Below are positions 18,495 to 27,692 of a stretch of 64,000 bases of DNA, in pieces (position 1 is the stretch's first letter; each line of letters opens with the position of its first letter). This DNA comes from an uncultured Actinomycetes bacterium (lineage in GTDB: Bacteria; Actinomycetota; Thermoleophilia; Gaiellales; Gaiellaceae). The position numbers and the translations under genes are program-made. The DNA is taken from positions 6,790 through 70,789 of the forward strand of contig CAWIKU010000011.1 in NCBI GenBank assembly GCA_963836705.1, written 5' to 3'. Below the pieces are notes generated by a model. That model searched no databases. It was not told where the DNA came from and saw only the letters and a list, made by a program, of their open reading frames with translations.

Positions 18495-19631
18495 ATGCGC
18501 CGTCCGAACCGGCTCGAACGCCTTCCGCAGCAGTACTTCGTGAATCTTCTCGCACGCATTTCGGCCGTGGCGGCCGATGGCGGTCCGCCAGTTCTCGACC
18601 TCGGACGCGGCAACCCCGAGACCGGCCCGCCGGCGCATGTGGTCGAAGCGCTTCGCGCCGCCGTGCTCGAGCCAGGCGTCCACGGCTACGCACCGATCCG
18701 CGGACTGGTCCGAACGCGCGAGGCGATCGCTGCGCGGTATCGCGACGTCTATGGCGTCACGCTTGATCCGGACACCGAGGTCGCGGTGCTTCCAGGGACG
18801 AAGGCCGCGCACGTCGAACTCGCGCTTGCGCTCAGCGAAGAGGATGGCACGCTGCTCTTCACCGATCCCTACTACCCCGACTACCCCTCGGGTGCGGCGC
18901 TCGCCGGCGCGCACATCGAGACGGTTCGTTTGCAGCCGGAGCTCGGCTGGGCCCCGGCGCTCGAGACGGCACCGGCCGCCTCCGCCCTCTTTCTGAACTA
19001 CCCGTCCAACCCGTGCGCGGTCTGCGCGCCCCAGGGTGCCTTCGAGGACGCGATCGCCTGGGCGCGTCGAACCGGCGGCGCAGTCGTGCACGACGCGGCC
19101 TACATCGACATCGTGTTCGACGGACGACGACCCGAGAGCTTCCTCGCAGCCGACGGCGCCATGGACGTCGGGGTGGAGATGTGGTCGATGTCGAAGACGT
19201 ACGGTATGGCCGGCTGGCGGATCGGTTTCGTGGTCGGCAACGCCGAGATCGTGGAGCGCATCAACCTCTTCAACGACCACACGCGTGTGGGCATCTTCGC
19301 TCCCCTCCAGCACGCCGCGATTGCCGCGCTAGAGGGGCCTCAGGACTCGGTCGCCGAACGGGTGGCGGCCTACGAGCAGCGACGCGACCTGATGGTCGGA
19401 GCGCTTCCCGATGCGCCTGTCTCCGAAGGCACCTTCTACATGTGGGTGCGGCTTCCGGAGGGACTGACCGCCGAACAGTTGCTCGTAGAGCACCGCGTGG
19501 CGGTCGCACCCGGCGAAGGGTTCGGTCCGAGCGGCGCCGGCTGGGTGCGGCTCTCGGTCGCGGTGACCGATGAGGAGGTCGCGCTCGGCGCCGAGCGGCT
19601 TCACCGCGCCTTCGCAGCGGTCGCAGCATGA
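18495..19631 (+). CDS. PLP-dependent aminotransferase, class I/II
   Basis: N-terminal LERLPQQYFVNLL. PLP-lysine context SMSKTYGMAGWRIGFVVGN. Length 378 aa. Confidence 0.85.
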   Translation: MRRPNRLERLPQQYFVNLLARISAVAADGGPPVLDLGRGNPETGPPAHVVEALRAAVLEPGVHGYAPIRGLVRTREAIAARYRDVYGVTLDPDTEVAVLPGTKAAHVELALALSEEDGTLLFTDPYYPDYPSGAALAGAHIETVRLQPELGWAPALETAPAASALFLNYPSNPCAVCAPQGAFEDAIAWARRTGGAVVHDAAYIDIVFDGRRPESFLAADGAMDVGVEMWSMSKTYGMAGWRIGFVVGNAEIVERINLFNDHTRVGIFAPLQHAAIAALEGPQDSVAERVAAYEQRRDLMVGALPDAPVSEGTFYMWVRLPEGLTAEQLLVEHRVAVAPGEGFGPSGAGWVRLSVAVTDEEVALGAERLHRAFAAVAA

Positions 19632-20746
19632 AGATCGGCATCGTCGTCCCGTTCTCCTGGTCGTACTGGGGCGGAGTGGTCGAGCACGCCGAGCACCAGG
19701 CGGCCGCACTCCGACAGCGTGGCCACGATGTGAGCATCGTGATGGGGAACGACCCGCCGGGCCGTCTGACGCGGCTGCTCCACCCTCGGACGGGTCGCCA
19801 CGAGGCACTGCCGGACGGGATCATCCCGGTGGGACGTTCGGTGGTCGTGCCGGCGAACGGATCGCTGCCGAACATCGTCCTCACGCCGCGCTCGATCGCA
19901 CGTATCCGTCACGTGCTCGACGCCCAGCAATTCGATGTCGTGCATCTGCACGAGCCGATGACGCCCGCGATCTGCGTTGCCACCTTGGCGCACGCGCAGT
20001 GCCCAATCGTCGCGACGCACCACGCCCACGGGGACCTTGCGTGGATGCGCCCAGCGCTGCACTTCTGGGGGTTCTTGATGGACCGCGTCGACGTACGGAT
20101 CGCGGTCTCGCCCATGGCCGCCGAGTCTGCCTCGCGCTGGATCCCGGGCGAGTACCGCATCATCCCGAACGGCGTGCTCATCCCCGACGGCGCCGACCCG
20201 GCCGATCGCGATCACACCGTCGTCTTCATCGGTAGACACGACCCGCGGAAAGGGCTTGCGACCCTGCTGCGGGCCTGGCCGCGGATCCACCAGGCGACCG
20301 GCGCGCGCCTACGGCTGATTGGAACCGACCCGCTGCAGTACCGGCTGCTGCACGCTCGCCTGCGGTTCGACGAGGCTGGTATCGACGTGCTCGGCATCGT
20401 CACGAACGAGGTGCGCACCCATGAACTGGAGCGCGCCAAGGTGTCAGTGACGCCTGCGCTCGGCGGAGAGAGCTTCGGCCTCGTGCTTGCCGAGGCGTTT
20501 GCCTGCGCGACGCCGGCGGTCGCCTCAGACATCCCGGGTTACGCGGCGGTCGCGACGCCCGAAGCCTCCAGGCTCGTGTCGCCCAACGACCCCGCTGCAC
20601 TCGCCGATGCCGTGATCGACGTGCTCGCAGACGAGCCGCGCCGAGTGGAGATGGGCCGCGCAGCGCGGGCCCACGCGCTCGCGAACTATGCGTGGGATGA
20701 CATCGCGCGGCGGCTGGAAGCGGTCTACGACGAGGTTGCCGCGTGA
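19628..20746 (+). CDS. glycosyltransferase family 4 (PimA-like)
   Basis: MKIGIVVPFSW...GGVVEHAEHQAAALRQRGHDV. C-terminal E-x7-E region GGESFGLVLAEAFACATPAVASD. ATGA overlap with the aminotransferase gene. Confidence 0.85.
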   Translation: MKIGIVVPFSWSYWGGVVEHAEHQAAALRQRGHDVSIVMGNDPPGRLTRLLHPRTGRHEALPDGIIPVGRSVVVPANGSLPNIVLTPRSIARIRHVLDAQQFDVVHLHEPMTPAICVATLAHAQCPIVATHHAHGDLAWMRPALHFWGFLMDRVDVRIAVSPMAAESASRWIPGEYRIIPNGVLIPDGADPADRDHTVVFIGRHDPRKGLATLLRAWPRIHQATGARLRLIGTDPLQYRLLHARLRFDEAGIDVLGIVTNEVRTHELERAKVSVTPALGGESFGLVLAEAFACATPAVASDIPGYAAVATPEASRLVSPNDPAALADAVIDVLADEPRRVEMGRAARAHALANYAWDDIARRLEAVYDEVAA

Positions 20747-21777
20747 AACGCCGCTGGCAGCTGCTCGTTCCCGCGGCGATGATCGCGGTCGCCGTCACCC
20801 TGATCATCTGGCGCGGCCCGGACTGGAGGGTCGTGCACGATGCGTTCAGCGCGGTGACCTGGGAATGGGTCGCCGCGGCGATCGGCCTCAACCTCCTGTC
20901 CGTCCTCGCACGCGCGCTGGCATGGGACACGGCCATCAAGCAGTCGATCGAGCCGCCGCACCCGCGCTTTCCGCTGGTCTTCTCCGCCTTCTCCGTCGGG
21001 CTGTTCGCGAACGCGGTCCTGCCGGGCCGGGTCGGCGAGCTCGCCCGGGTGGCCGTCCTCCGCCGGCGGCTCCCGGGCCGGAGAGGCGCGACCGCGACCC
21101 TGGTCGGTTCGGTGTTCGCCCATCGCATGTTCGACCTCTTCCCTGCGGTCGCTCTGGTCACCTGGGTTCTGCTGACTGCGAAGATCCCGCGCTGGGCGTT
21201 GACCTCGATCGCGATCGTCGTGGTCGTCGGCGCTTTGCTCTTTCTCACCGCGGTGATCCTCGCCCGGAGGCAGGGCCGACAGAGCGCCGAGGTCGGACGC
21301 GTCCGCGAGCTGATCGCGCGCGCGCGTCAAGGGCTCGCAATCATGCGTTCGCCCGCCGCCGCCGCCACCGCGGCGGCATTTCAGTTCGCCGGCTGGATCT
21401 GTCAGCTGTTCGCGGTCTGGGCGACGATGGAGGCGTTCAACATCCACCTGCCGCTCTCCGCCGCCGGTCTCGTGCTCGTGCTGATGAACGTCGCGACGAT
21501 TTTTCCGCTGTGGCCCGGCAACTTCGGTCTCGTCCAGATCGCGATCGCCTTTCCGCTGACGCGCTACGGCGTCGAGTACGCCCACGGCGTCGCCTTCGGT
21601 ATCGGACTGCAGGCGGTCGAGGCGTCGGTCGGTGTCGGCGTCGGTCTGATCTTTCTCGCGCGTGAGGGCCTCTCGTACGGGACGCTGCGCGAGATCGACG
21701 ACGACGTGGAACGCGACACCTCCGAGGACGTGCTCGACCAGGAGCCGGTGGATGATCGCACTCGCGTCGCCGGCTAG
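20743..21777 (+). CDS. lysylphosphatidylglycerol-synthase-TM-region / flippase-like (UPF0104) membrane protein
   Basis: Polytopic protein. N-terminal W..V...F....W.WV pattern, followed by ARALAW, typical of the family. GTGA overlap with the GT4 gene. Confidence 0.65.
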   Translation: MKRRWQLLVPAAMIAVAVTLIIWRGPDWRVVHDAFSAVTWEWVAAAIGLNLLSVLARALAWDTAIKQSIEPPHPRFPLVFSAFSVGLFANAVLPGRVGELARVAVLRRRLPGRRGATATLVGSVFAHRMFDLFPAVALVTWVLLTAKIPRWALTSIAIVVVVGALLFLTAVILARRQGRQSAEVGRVRELIARARQGLAIMRSPAAAATAAAFQFAGWICQLFAVWATMEAFNIHLPLSAAGLVLVLMNVATIFPLWPGNFGLVQIAIAFPLTRYGVEYAHGVAFGIGLQAVEASVGVGVGLIFLAREGLSYGTLREIDDDVERDTSEDVLDQEPVDDRTRVAG

Positions 21778-22711
21778 CCTCAAGGGCGTCCTCACTCCCG
21801 GCGAGGCAGGCTCGGCGCTCGCCGCCGGAATGCGACGCGTCGAAGACGTCGAGGCGGTCGAGCTCCCGGTCGCCGACGGCGGCGAGGGTACGGCGTCGGT
21901 GCTCGCCCAGGCACTCGGCGGCGAATGGCACCAGGCGCTCGTCGGCGACCCGCTTGGGCGGCCGGTCGAGGCGGCGTGGCTCGTGCTTCCGGACGGCACC
22001 GCAGTGGTCGAATGCGCGCAGGCCGCCGGACTGACCCGGCTCGCTCCCGACGAGCTCGACCCTCTACGTACCTCGACGCGCGGCCTCGGAGAGCTCCTGC
22101 TCGCGGCCATCGAACGACAACCGGCGGCCTTGCTCGTCTGTGTCGGTGGGACGGCAACCGTCGACGGGGGCGTCGGCATGCGCGGCGTCGTCGGAACCGC
22201 ACTTGCCGCGGTGCCGGTACGCGTCGCCTGCGACGTCCGCAACCCGCTACTCGGCGAGCGGGGCGCCGCGCGCGTCTTCGGCCCGCAGAAAGGCGCACGC
22301 CCGGAGGACGTCGTCGAGCTCGAGGCGCGACTGGCATCGCTCAGCGAGCTCGTGTCGTTTCGTGAGCTGCCCGGCGCCGGCGCCGGAGGCGGGCTCGGCG
22401 CGGCGTTCGCGGCGCTCGGCGGCACGCTCGTTGCGGGCGCCGAACTCGTACTCGACCTGATCGCCTTCGACGAGCATGCCGCCGCCGCCTCGCTCGTCGT
22501 CACCGGCGAAGGCACGGTCGATGCGACGACGCTCGAGGGAAAGGCACCAGGCGAGGTGCAGCGTCGCTGTCGCAGGCTCGCCGTCCGCTGCGAGTTGTTC
22601 GGGGGTCTCGTCCGCGACGGTATTGCGGCACACGCGCTCTCCGGTCGCCCCGACGAGGCGGTGGCCGATCTCGAACGGCTCGGCGAGGAGCTAGCTGCCG
22701 CTCTCGCGTGA
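21752..22711 (+). CDS. glycerate kinase family protein
   Basis: MIALASPASLKGVLTPGEA...LPVADGGEGT...VVECAQAAGL...VTGEGTVDATTLEGKAP. The start is re-called to the ATG at 21752. The track ORF begins 90 nt upstream, inside the previous gene. Confidence 0.8.
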   Translation: MIALASPASLKGVLTPGEAGSALAAGMRRVEDVEAVELPVADGGEGTASVLAQALGGEWHQALVGDPLGRPVEAAWLVLPDGTAVVECAQAAGLTRLAPDELDPLRTSTRGLGELLLAAIERQPAALLVCVGGTATVDGGVGMRGVVGTALAAVPVRVACDVRNPLLGERGAARVFGPQKGARPEDVVELEARLASLSELVSFRELPGAGAGGGLGAAFAALGGTLVAGAELVLDLIAFDEHAAAASLVVTGEGTVDATTLEGKAPGEVQRRCRRLAVRCELFGGLVRDGIAAHALSGRPDEAVADLERLGEELAAALA

Positions 22712-22891
22712 GAGCTCTTCGATCTTGCCGCGCACTCCCTCGAGCTTCGCAGAGCAGATCCGGTAGAGCTCTTCGCCGCGCTCCCAGAGCTTCGTCAGCT
22801 CGTCGACGTCTGCGTCGCCTCGTTCGAGGCGCTCGACGATCTGCTCCAGCTCGCGCTGCGCCTCCTCGAAGCTCGGGGTCGGCGCGGTCAC
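22691..22891 (-). CDS. xseB: exodeoxyribonuclease VII small subunit
   Basis: SFEEAQRELEQIVERLERGDADVDELTKLWERGEELYRICSAKL. GTGA-coupled to xseA. Confidence 0.9.
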   Translation of the reverse strand: MTAPTPSFEEAQRELEQIVERLERGDADVDELTKLWERGEELYRICSAKLEGVRGKIEELSRESGS

Positions 22892-24027
22892 CCGACCACC
22901 GCCCCGAAGCTCCCGTCGGCGACCCGAACCGAGATGGCATCCCCGGCGTCCACCTCGGACGCCGCCCGGACGACGTCGTCGCCGCGCCTCACGATCGCGT
23001 ACCCGCGGTCGAGCGTCGCCAGCGGTGACAAAGCCCCGAGATGCGCGTGCGCGGTCGCGAGCCGCGCCGCCTTGCGCTCCAGCGCCAGCAACGGTGCACG
23101 GCGCAGACGCTCGTGGGCGTTCGTCACACGAAGAACGTGGCGTTCCCCGGTACGACGTCCGGCACGGTGCAGCGCCTCTCGACGTCGCTCGAGTGCCGCG
23201 CGAAGCTCCTTGACGTCGGGCACGACGAGCCGCGCAGCGTGCGTCGGAGTCGACGCTCGCACGTCGGCGGCCAGATCACAGAGCGGAGTGTCCTGCTCGT
23301 GACCCACCGCCGACACGACCGGCACCGGGGCCGACGCAACCGCGCGAACGACGCGCTCGTCCGAGAACGGGAGCAGATCCTCGAAGCTGCCGCCGCCACG
23401 CGCGAGTACCAGCACGTCGACACCGCGCTCGCACAACTCCCCGATCGCCGACTCGATCGCCGCCGCCGCACGCGGGCCTTGCACGTAGGTCTCGGCAACG
23501 AGCACGTTGGCCGCCGGGAAGCGCTGCGTGATGTGCGTGAGCACGTCGCGCTTCGCGGCGGCGTCGTTGCCGGTGACCAGGCCGATCAACTTCGGGAAGC
23601 GCGGCAAGGCCCGCTTGCGCTCGGCCGCGAAGAGACCCTCCGTTGCGAGTAGCTGCTTCAGCCGCTCGAGCGCCGCGAGATGCGCTCCGACGCCGAAGCG
23701 CTCGATCGTCAAGACCTTCAGTCGAAGCTCGCCGCGCTGCTCGTACAGCTCGGGCCGGCCGAAGACGTGCACGCGCTCGCCGTCGCCGAGGCCGAGCTCG
23801 AGCGCATCGAACCGTCCACGGGGCATCTGGGCGGCGAGGCAGGCGCCGTTTTCCGGGTCCTTGAGCGTGAAGAACACGGACGCCCACCGATCCTGCCGGC
23901 GAAGCTCGGTCACCTCGCCCTCGACCCAGAGCGTCGGCAGCCGTGCGAGCCAGCTCGCGACGCCCTCGTTGAACGCGGCGACCGAATAGACCTTACGACC
24001 GTCCACCTCCATGGCCTCGACCTTCAC
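22888..24027 (-). CDS. xseA: exodeoxyribonuclease VII large subunit
   Basis: N-terminal OB fold (VWVEGEVTELRRQDRWASVFFTLKD), catalytic core and C-terminal coiled region. Adjacent to xseB. Confidence 0.9.
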   Translation of the reverse strand: MKVEAMEVDGRKVYSVAAFNEGVASWLARLPTLWVEGEVTELRRQDRWASVFFTLKDPENGACLAAQMPRGRFDALELGLGDGERVHVFGRPELYEQRGELRLKVLTIERFGVGAHLAALERLKQLLATEGLFAAERKRALPRFPKLIGLVTGNDAAAKRDVLTHITQRFPAANVLVAETYVQGPRAAAAIESAIGELCERGVDVLVLARGGGSFEDLLPFSDERVVRAVASAPVPVVSAVGHEQDTPLCDLAADVRASTPTHAARLVVPDVKELRAALERRREALHRAGRRTGERHVLRVTNAHERLRRAPLLALERKAARLATAHAHLGALSPLATLDRGYAIVRRGDDVVRAASEVDAGDAISVRVADGSFGAVVG

Positions 24028-24051
24028 CAGGCCGATGCTAGAGGCTGGGGC

Positions 24052-24246
24052 CTAGAGCAGGATCTCGGCGGCCGTCTCGAAGCTGCAGCCGCAGCCCGTC
24101 AGCTCCACGGCGCGATGCAGGTCAGCGTCGGAATGCGCGAGCTTCTCGGCCAGCGGCAAGGGGTACCCCGCCTCGATCAGGACGTGGAGGCGCCAGGATT
24201 CGACCTTTTCGCGCTCCGTCAGTGGTTGTTCGATCGTCTGGGGCAT
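24052..24246 (-). CDS. small conserved-looking hypothetical protein (64 aa)
   Basis: Strong GC3 periodicity. Two similar helix pairs (RLHVLIEAGYPLPLAEKLA / LHRAVELTGCGCSFETAAEILL). No recognisable family. Confidence 0.6.
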   Translation of the reverse strand: MPQTIEQPLTEREKVESWRLHVLIEAGYPLPLAEKLAHSDADLHRAVELTGCGCSFETAAEILL

Positions 24247-24300
24247 AGTGGCAGCCTTTTCGCTCTGTCCTAGACGAACCCTGCCTCCGAAAGTTGGAGG

Positions 24301-25467
24301 TCAGACCTCGCTTCGTGCGGTCAATTCGTCGAGCTTCCTGCTCAGATCCTGAAGGCGGGAATCGAGAATCGTCCGTTCTGACTCGGCATCCGAGGCGATC
24401 TCGTTGAGCCGCTCACGGAGCGAGGACTCGACCTGGTGGGCGCGATCCTCAAGCGACCGAAGCGCCTCGTCTCGCTGGCGCTCGAGCCCGGCGCGCAGGC
24501 GGGAGAGCCGGTCTTCGACGCGCTTGGCGGCGTTGTCGCTGACGTGGTTGAGACGTTCCGCGAGCACGCCCTCCGCTTCCCGAGCGAACCGCTCGACCGC
24601 CAGGTCGAGCTCGCGGCTGAGACGCCGCGCCGCTTCTTCGCGGGCGGTTCGGATCGCCGTGTCGAACTGCTGCGACGCGGCCTCTGAATATCGGGTCGTC
24701 TCACGTGTGACCAGCCGCTGCAGCTGCTCGACCTGGCGGCGCTCGATGTCGCTGAACGCCAGCTGGATCCGCTGCGTCGCGTCGTTGCCCTCGCGTTCGA
24801 CGATCTCCTGCAGATCCCGCTCTCGCTTGCGCAACCGCTCGGCGACGTCCTGCAACGCCCGACGCCGCTCGGCGGCGTGCTGGTCGAGCTCGGTCGCCGC
24901 CTGCTGCGTCACGTTCTTGGCCGCCGCAGCGAGCTCGGTGCGCAGGCGGGCGATCAGCTGTCGCTGCTCCTCGATCTGGGACTGCAGGCCTTCGGCGTCC
25001 TGTCCGATCCGCGACTCGATCTCGGACATCAGCTGGCGCTGTTTGCCCTCGAGCCGCTTCAACTCGTCGGCCAGGCCCTCCTGGAGCTTGGCGACGTCGT
25101 TGTTCCAGTCACCGAGCCGCTGTTCGACCGTGCGCTGAACGGCGACGAGCTGCTCGCCGAGCCGCGCGCTCGCGTCGCGCTCGCGCTCGGCGACGTCGCG
25201 CCGGCGCTCCTCCGCGATCCGGCGCTCCTCCTCTGCGAGCAGCGACATCGTGTCGGCTCTGGAGCGGGCGAGGATGTTCGAGAGCTCGTCCGTGCGCTGT
25301 TCGAGCTCGTGGGCAACGACCCGGTCGAACTCAGCCTTGCCGCGGTCGACCTCGCGTTCGAGCTGGTGCTGCTGCTCGCGCACTTTCCGCAAGACCACGA
25401 TTGAGGCGAGCAGCGCCGTGACCGCCACAAGGGCCGAAACGACTGCCGTGATGGTCGCCGGAGTCAC
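24301..25467 (-). CDS. N-terminally membrane-anchored long coiled-coil protein (hypothetical)
   Basis: One TM helix (ITAVVSALVAVTALLASIVVL), then about 350 aa of E/R/L/A/Q-rich heptad-like sequence. Good codon bias. Confidence 0.7.
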   Translation of the reverse strand: MTPATITAVVSALVAVTALLASIVVLRKVREQQHQLEREVDRGKAEFDRVVAHELEQRTDELSNILARSRADTMSLLAEEERRIAEERRRDVAERERDASARLGEQLVAVQRTVEQRLGDWNNDVAKLQEGLADELKRLEGKQRQLMSEIESRIGQDAEGLQSQIEEQRQLIARLRTELAAAAKNVTQQAATELDQHAAERRRALQDVAERLRKRERDLQEIVEREGNDATQRIQLAFSDIERRQVEQLQRLVTRETTRYSEAASQQFDTAIRTAREEAARRLSRELDLAVERFAREAEGVLAERLNHVSDNAAKRVEDRLSRLRAGLERQRDEALRSLEDRAHQVESSLRERLNEIASDAESERTILDSRLQDLSRKLDELTARSEV

Positions 25468-25471
25468 CGGG

Positions 25472-26149
25472 TCATCGTAGGCGCGCCGCCACGACGGCGA
25501 CGCCGAGCGCCACCAGCGCCCATGCGAGCAGCTGCAGCGAGCGCTCGAGCGGGGCGATTCCGTCTGTCGTCGCGTGCTCGCGGCGTGCGCGACGAACGGG
25601 CGTCGACAGCGTTCGTTGCACGAGGCTGGTCGCGAACGCGAACGCCGCGGCGGCCACAGCCTCGAGCCGCAGGGTCTGAGCCTCCACGAAATAGCCCGTC
25701 AGAGCGGGGAACGCACCCCAGAGGAACGCGAATCCGAAGTTGGTGTGCAGGGCGATCTCGAGGTTGTAGGCGGGCACGGCGACCGCTCCGACCGCGATGA
25801 ACACCAGCAGCCCGAACCCCCAGGCGTAGGCGGCGCCGATCCCGATCGCCACTGCGCCGGCCAGCGAGACAGCGGCGAGCCCGATCAGCACTGGGCCGGG
25901 GATCGCTGTTCGGAGCGGACGGTCCTTCAGCTCGTCCAGAGCGTGGGCTGCGACGCCCATCGCCAGGAAGAACGCCGCGAGCGCCCAGAGCAGTCGGTCG
26001 AGGTGGAACTGCGGCGCGAGCGCCGCTCCGAGCGCCACGTAGGACAGGTGCCAGAGCGTGTACGGCGGATGGAGCAGGGTCAGATAGTCCCGCCAGCCGC
26101 CGCGGCGCAGCGCGTAGAACGCCGGTCTTACGCCTTCTTGTGTCCCCAC
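25472..26149 (-). CDS. integral membrane protein (about 6 TM), unknown family
   Basis: The C-terminal 226 aa of the 728-aa track ORF are hydrophobic and TM-rich, while the upstream part is Arg-rich antisense/out-of-frame noise. The GTG at 26149 is the first plausible start, so the start is uncertain. Confidence 0.55.
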   Translation of the reverse strand: MGTQEGVRPAFYALRRGGWRDYLTLLHPPYTLWHLSYVALGAALAPQFHLDRLLWALAAFFLAMGVAAHALDELKDRPLRTAIPGPVLIGLAAVSLAGAVAIGIGAAYAWGFGLLVFIAVGAVAVPAYNLEIALHTNFGFAFLWGAFPALTGYFVEAQTLRLEAVAAAAFAFATSLVQRTLSTPVRRARREHATTDGIAPLERSLQLLAWALVALGVAVVAARLR

Positions 26150-26823
26150 GTCACCACCCCGCCGCCGAGGCTCAGCCGCCGCGTCTGGACATCGTCGACT
26201 CCGGCCTCGCGCCACGCCTGCTCGAGTCGTGGCAGCGGCCAGCGGTCGTAGAAGCCGCGAATCGAAGGGTTGAGGAAGGTGCCGACCTCGTGCCAGCCGT
26301 CGCCGATCAGGCGGCCGGCGGTCGGCAAACCGATCTGCGTCCAGAGGTCCCAGGCCGGACGCCACACTCCGCTCGGTACACCGAACTCGAGTCCGGCGAT
26401 CGATCCGCCCGGCTTGACGACCCGCGCCAACTCGCGCAGGACTGCAGGAGGGTCGTCGACGTAGCGAAGCAGGTAGGTGAAGCTCAGCGCATCGAACAGG
26501 CCGTCCTCGAACGGCAGCGATCGCGCATCCCCCTCCTGCAGGCGCACCTTCCCTGCAGCAGCAGCCAGTGCAACGCGGCGCCGCCCCTCGTCGAGCATGC
26601 CGGACGTGAGGTCGACGCCGACGACGAAGCAGTCCTTCTGGCGCACCAGCTCGAGCGCCACCGCCGCCGTTCCGGTCGCCACGTCGAGCACCGTGTCGGT
26701 CGGGCCGGCGTCGATCCTCGAGACGAGGAAGCGCCGCCAGCGCGGGTCCTGTCCGAACGACAGCACCGTGCCCCAGCGGTCGTAGCCGGGGCCGAGAGGG
26801 GCAAACAGCTCGGTCGCGTCCAT
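26128..26823 (-). CDS. class I SAM-dependent methyltransferase, UbiE/MenG-like
   Basis: YDRWGTVLSFGQDPRWRR, SAM motif VLDVATGTAAVALEL, and LRELARVVKPGG. The start is re-called to the ATG at 26823 (MDATELF...). Confidence 0.78.
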   Translation of the reverse strand: MDATELFAPLGPGYDRWGTVLSFGQDPRWRRFLVSRIDAGPTDTVLDVATGTAAVALELVRQKDCFVVGVDLTSGMLDEGRRRVALAAAAGKVRLQEGDARSLPFEDGLFDALSFTYLLRYVDDPPAVLRELARVVKPGGSIAGLEFGVPSGVWRPAWDLWTQIGLPTAGRLIGDGWHEVGTFLNPSIRGFYDRWPLPRLEQAWREAGVDDVQTRRLSLGGGVVTWGHKKA

Positions 26824-26836
26824 AGGCTTGGACTCT

Positions 26837-27373
26837 ATGGCGCTCGACGAGGACCTGGAGCGGATCGCCGGCCTCGCCGCTGCGCGGGGTGACGTCGCCG
26901 GGGTGCTTGCCGCCGAGCCTGCGAGCGGCAAGCGGCTCTATCTCGTTGCGCTCGCTGCGGGCGAGGAGCGCCACTGGCTCGTCCTCGACGAACAAGGAGC
27001 GGTGGTCGAGCGACGCGACGATGTTCGCGACGCTGCGTCGATCATCGCGATGTGCGAGCTGTCCGCCGAGCTCGCGGGCGGTGGCGATCTCGAGCAGCTT
27101 CGCGCGCAGCTCGTTCAGGTGCGGATGGTCGAACAGGCACCGGGGATCGAGGAGGCCGAAGCCGCGGCGCTTGCGCTCGAACAGGCCGTCGGCAGCGCCC
27201 CGCGCCTGGCGACGCCGGCGTATCTCGACCAGGTGGGGGCGGCAACGCTCGCGCTCGAGCGAGCTCTCGGCGATCTGTCGTCTCCCTTCTCGGAGGCGCT
27301 CCGGGCAGGCACAGGCGCGGTCGAGGCGTTCACGCGCGATGTCGAACGCGGCTACCTGGTCGCCCTGCGCTAA
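26837..27373 (+). CDS. hypothetical protein
   Basis: Clear GC3-rich coding frame. ATG at 26837; the track uses the TTG at 26828. No family recognised. Confidence 0.6.
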   Translation: MALDEDLERIAGLAAARGDVAGVLAAEPASGKRLYLVALAAGEERHWLVLDEQGAVVERRDDVRDAASIIAMCELSAELAGGGDLEQLRAQLVQVRMVEQAPGIEEAEAAALALEQAVGSAPRLATPAYLDQVGAATLALERALGDLSSPFSEALRAGTGAVEAFTRDVERGYLVALR

Positions 27374-27382
27374 CGTAAATGC

Positions 27383-27679
27383 ATGGAAGGTGGATTCGGA
27401 GGCTTCCCGTTCGGGGGTGACCCCGAGGATCTCCTGCGCGGCCTGCGTGAGTTCGCCGAGCAGCAGGCCGAGTCGGTGCAGGAAGCGCAGCGCGAGCAGT
27501 TCGCGACGCTCACGCTGAACACCGCTGTGGAACTGACTTCCGCGGCGCTCTCCCAGCTTCAGCTCGAGGGGCCGGTCGACGGGCAGACGCTCGCCATGCG
27601 CGATGCGATGCGCGTGCTGTTCCCCGAGGCGGTGGCGCTCGTGAGCGCCGCCCGCCAAGGGTTCATGCGCGAGTCCTAG
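27383..27679 (+). CDS. hypothetical protein (98 aa)
   Basis: GC3-rich frame, 9 nt after the previous gene. No family recognised. Confidence 0.55.
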   Translation: MEGGFGGFPFGGDPEDLLRGLREFAEQQAESVQEAQREQFATLTLNTAVELTSAALSQLQLEGPVDGQTLAMRDAMRVLFPEAVALVSAARQGFMRES

Positions 27680-27692
27680 GATTCCTTAGGGC

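Noticed and set aside
20725-22515. 596-aa minus-strand ORF
   Set aside because: It is antisense to the flippase-like and glycerate-kinase genes. It is Ser/Pro/Arg/Ala-rich and low complexity. It is an artefact.
26150-27658. N-terminal ~500 aa of the 728-aa track ORF 25472..27658. Similar long N-terminal extensions occur in track ORFs 5653..6996, 11631..12887, 12338..13501, 31269..33728, 35909..37594, 39440..40468, 40279..41406, 43000..44856, 48954..49748, 49448..50860, 50703..51827 and 59050..60399.
   Set aside because: The extensions overlap better-supported genes in another frame or strand and translate to Arg/Ala/Pro-rich sequence. Family homology begins only at internal starts, usually coupled to the upstream stop.
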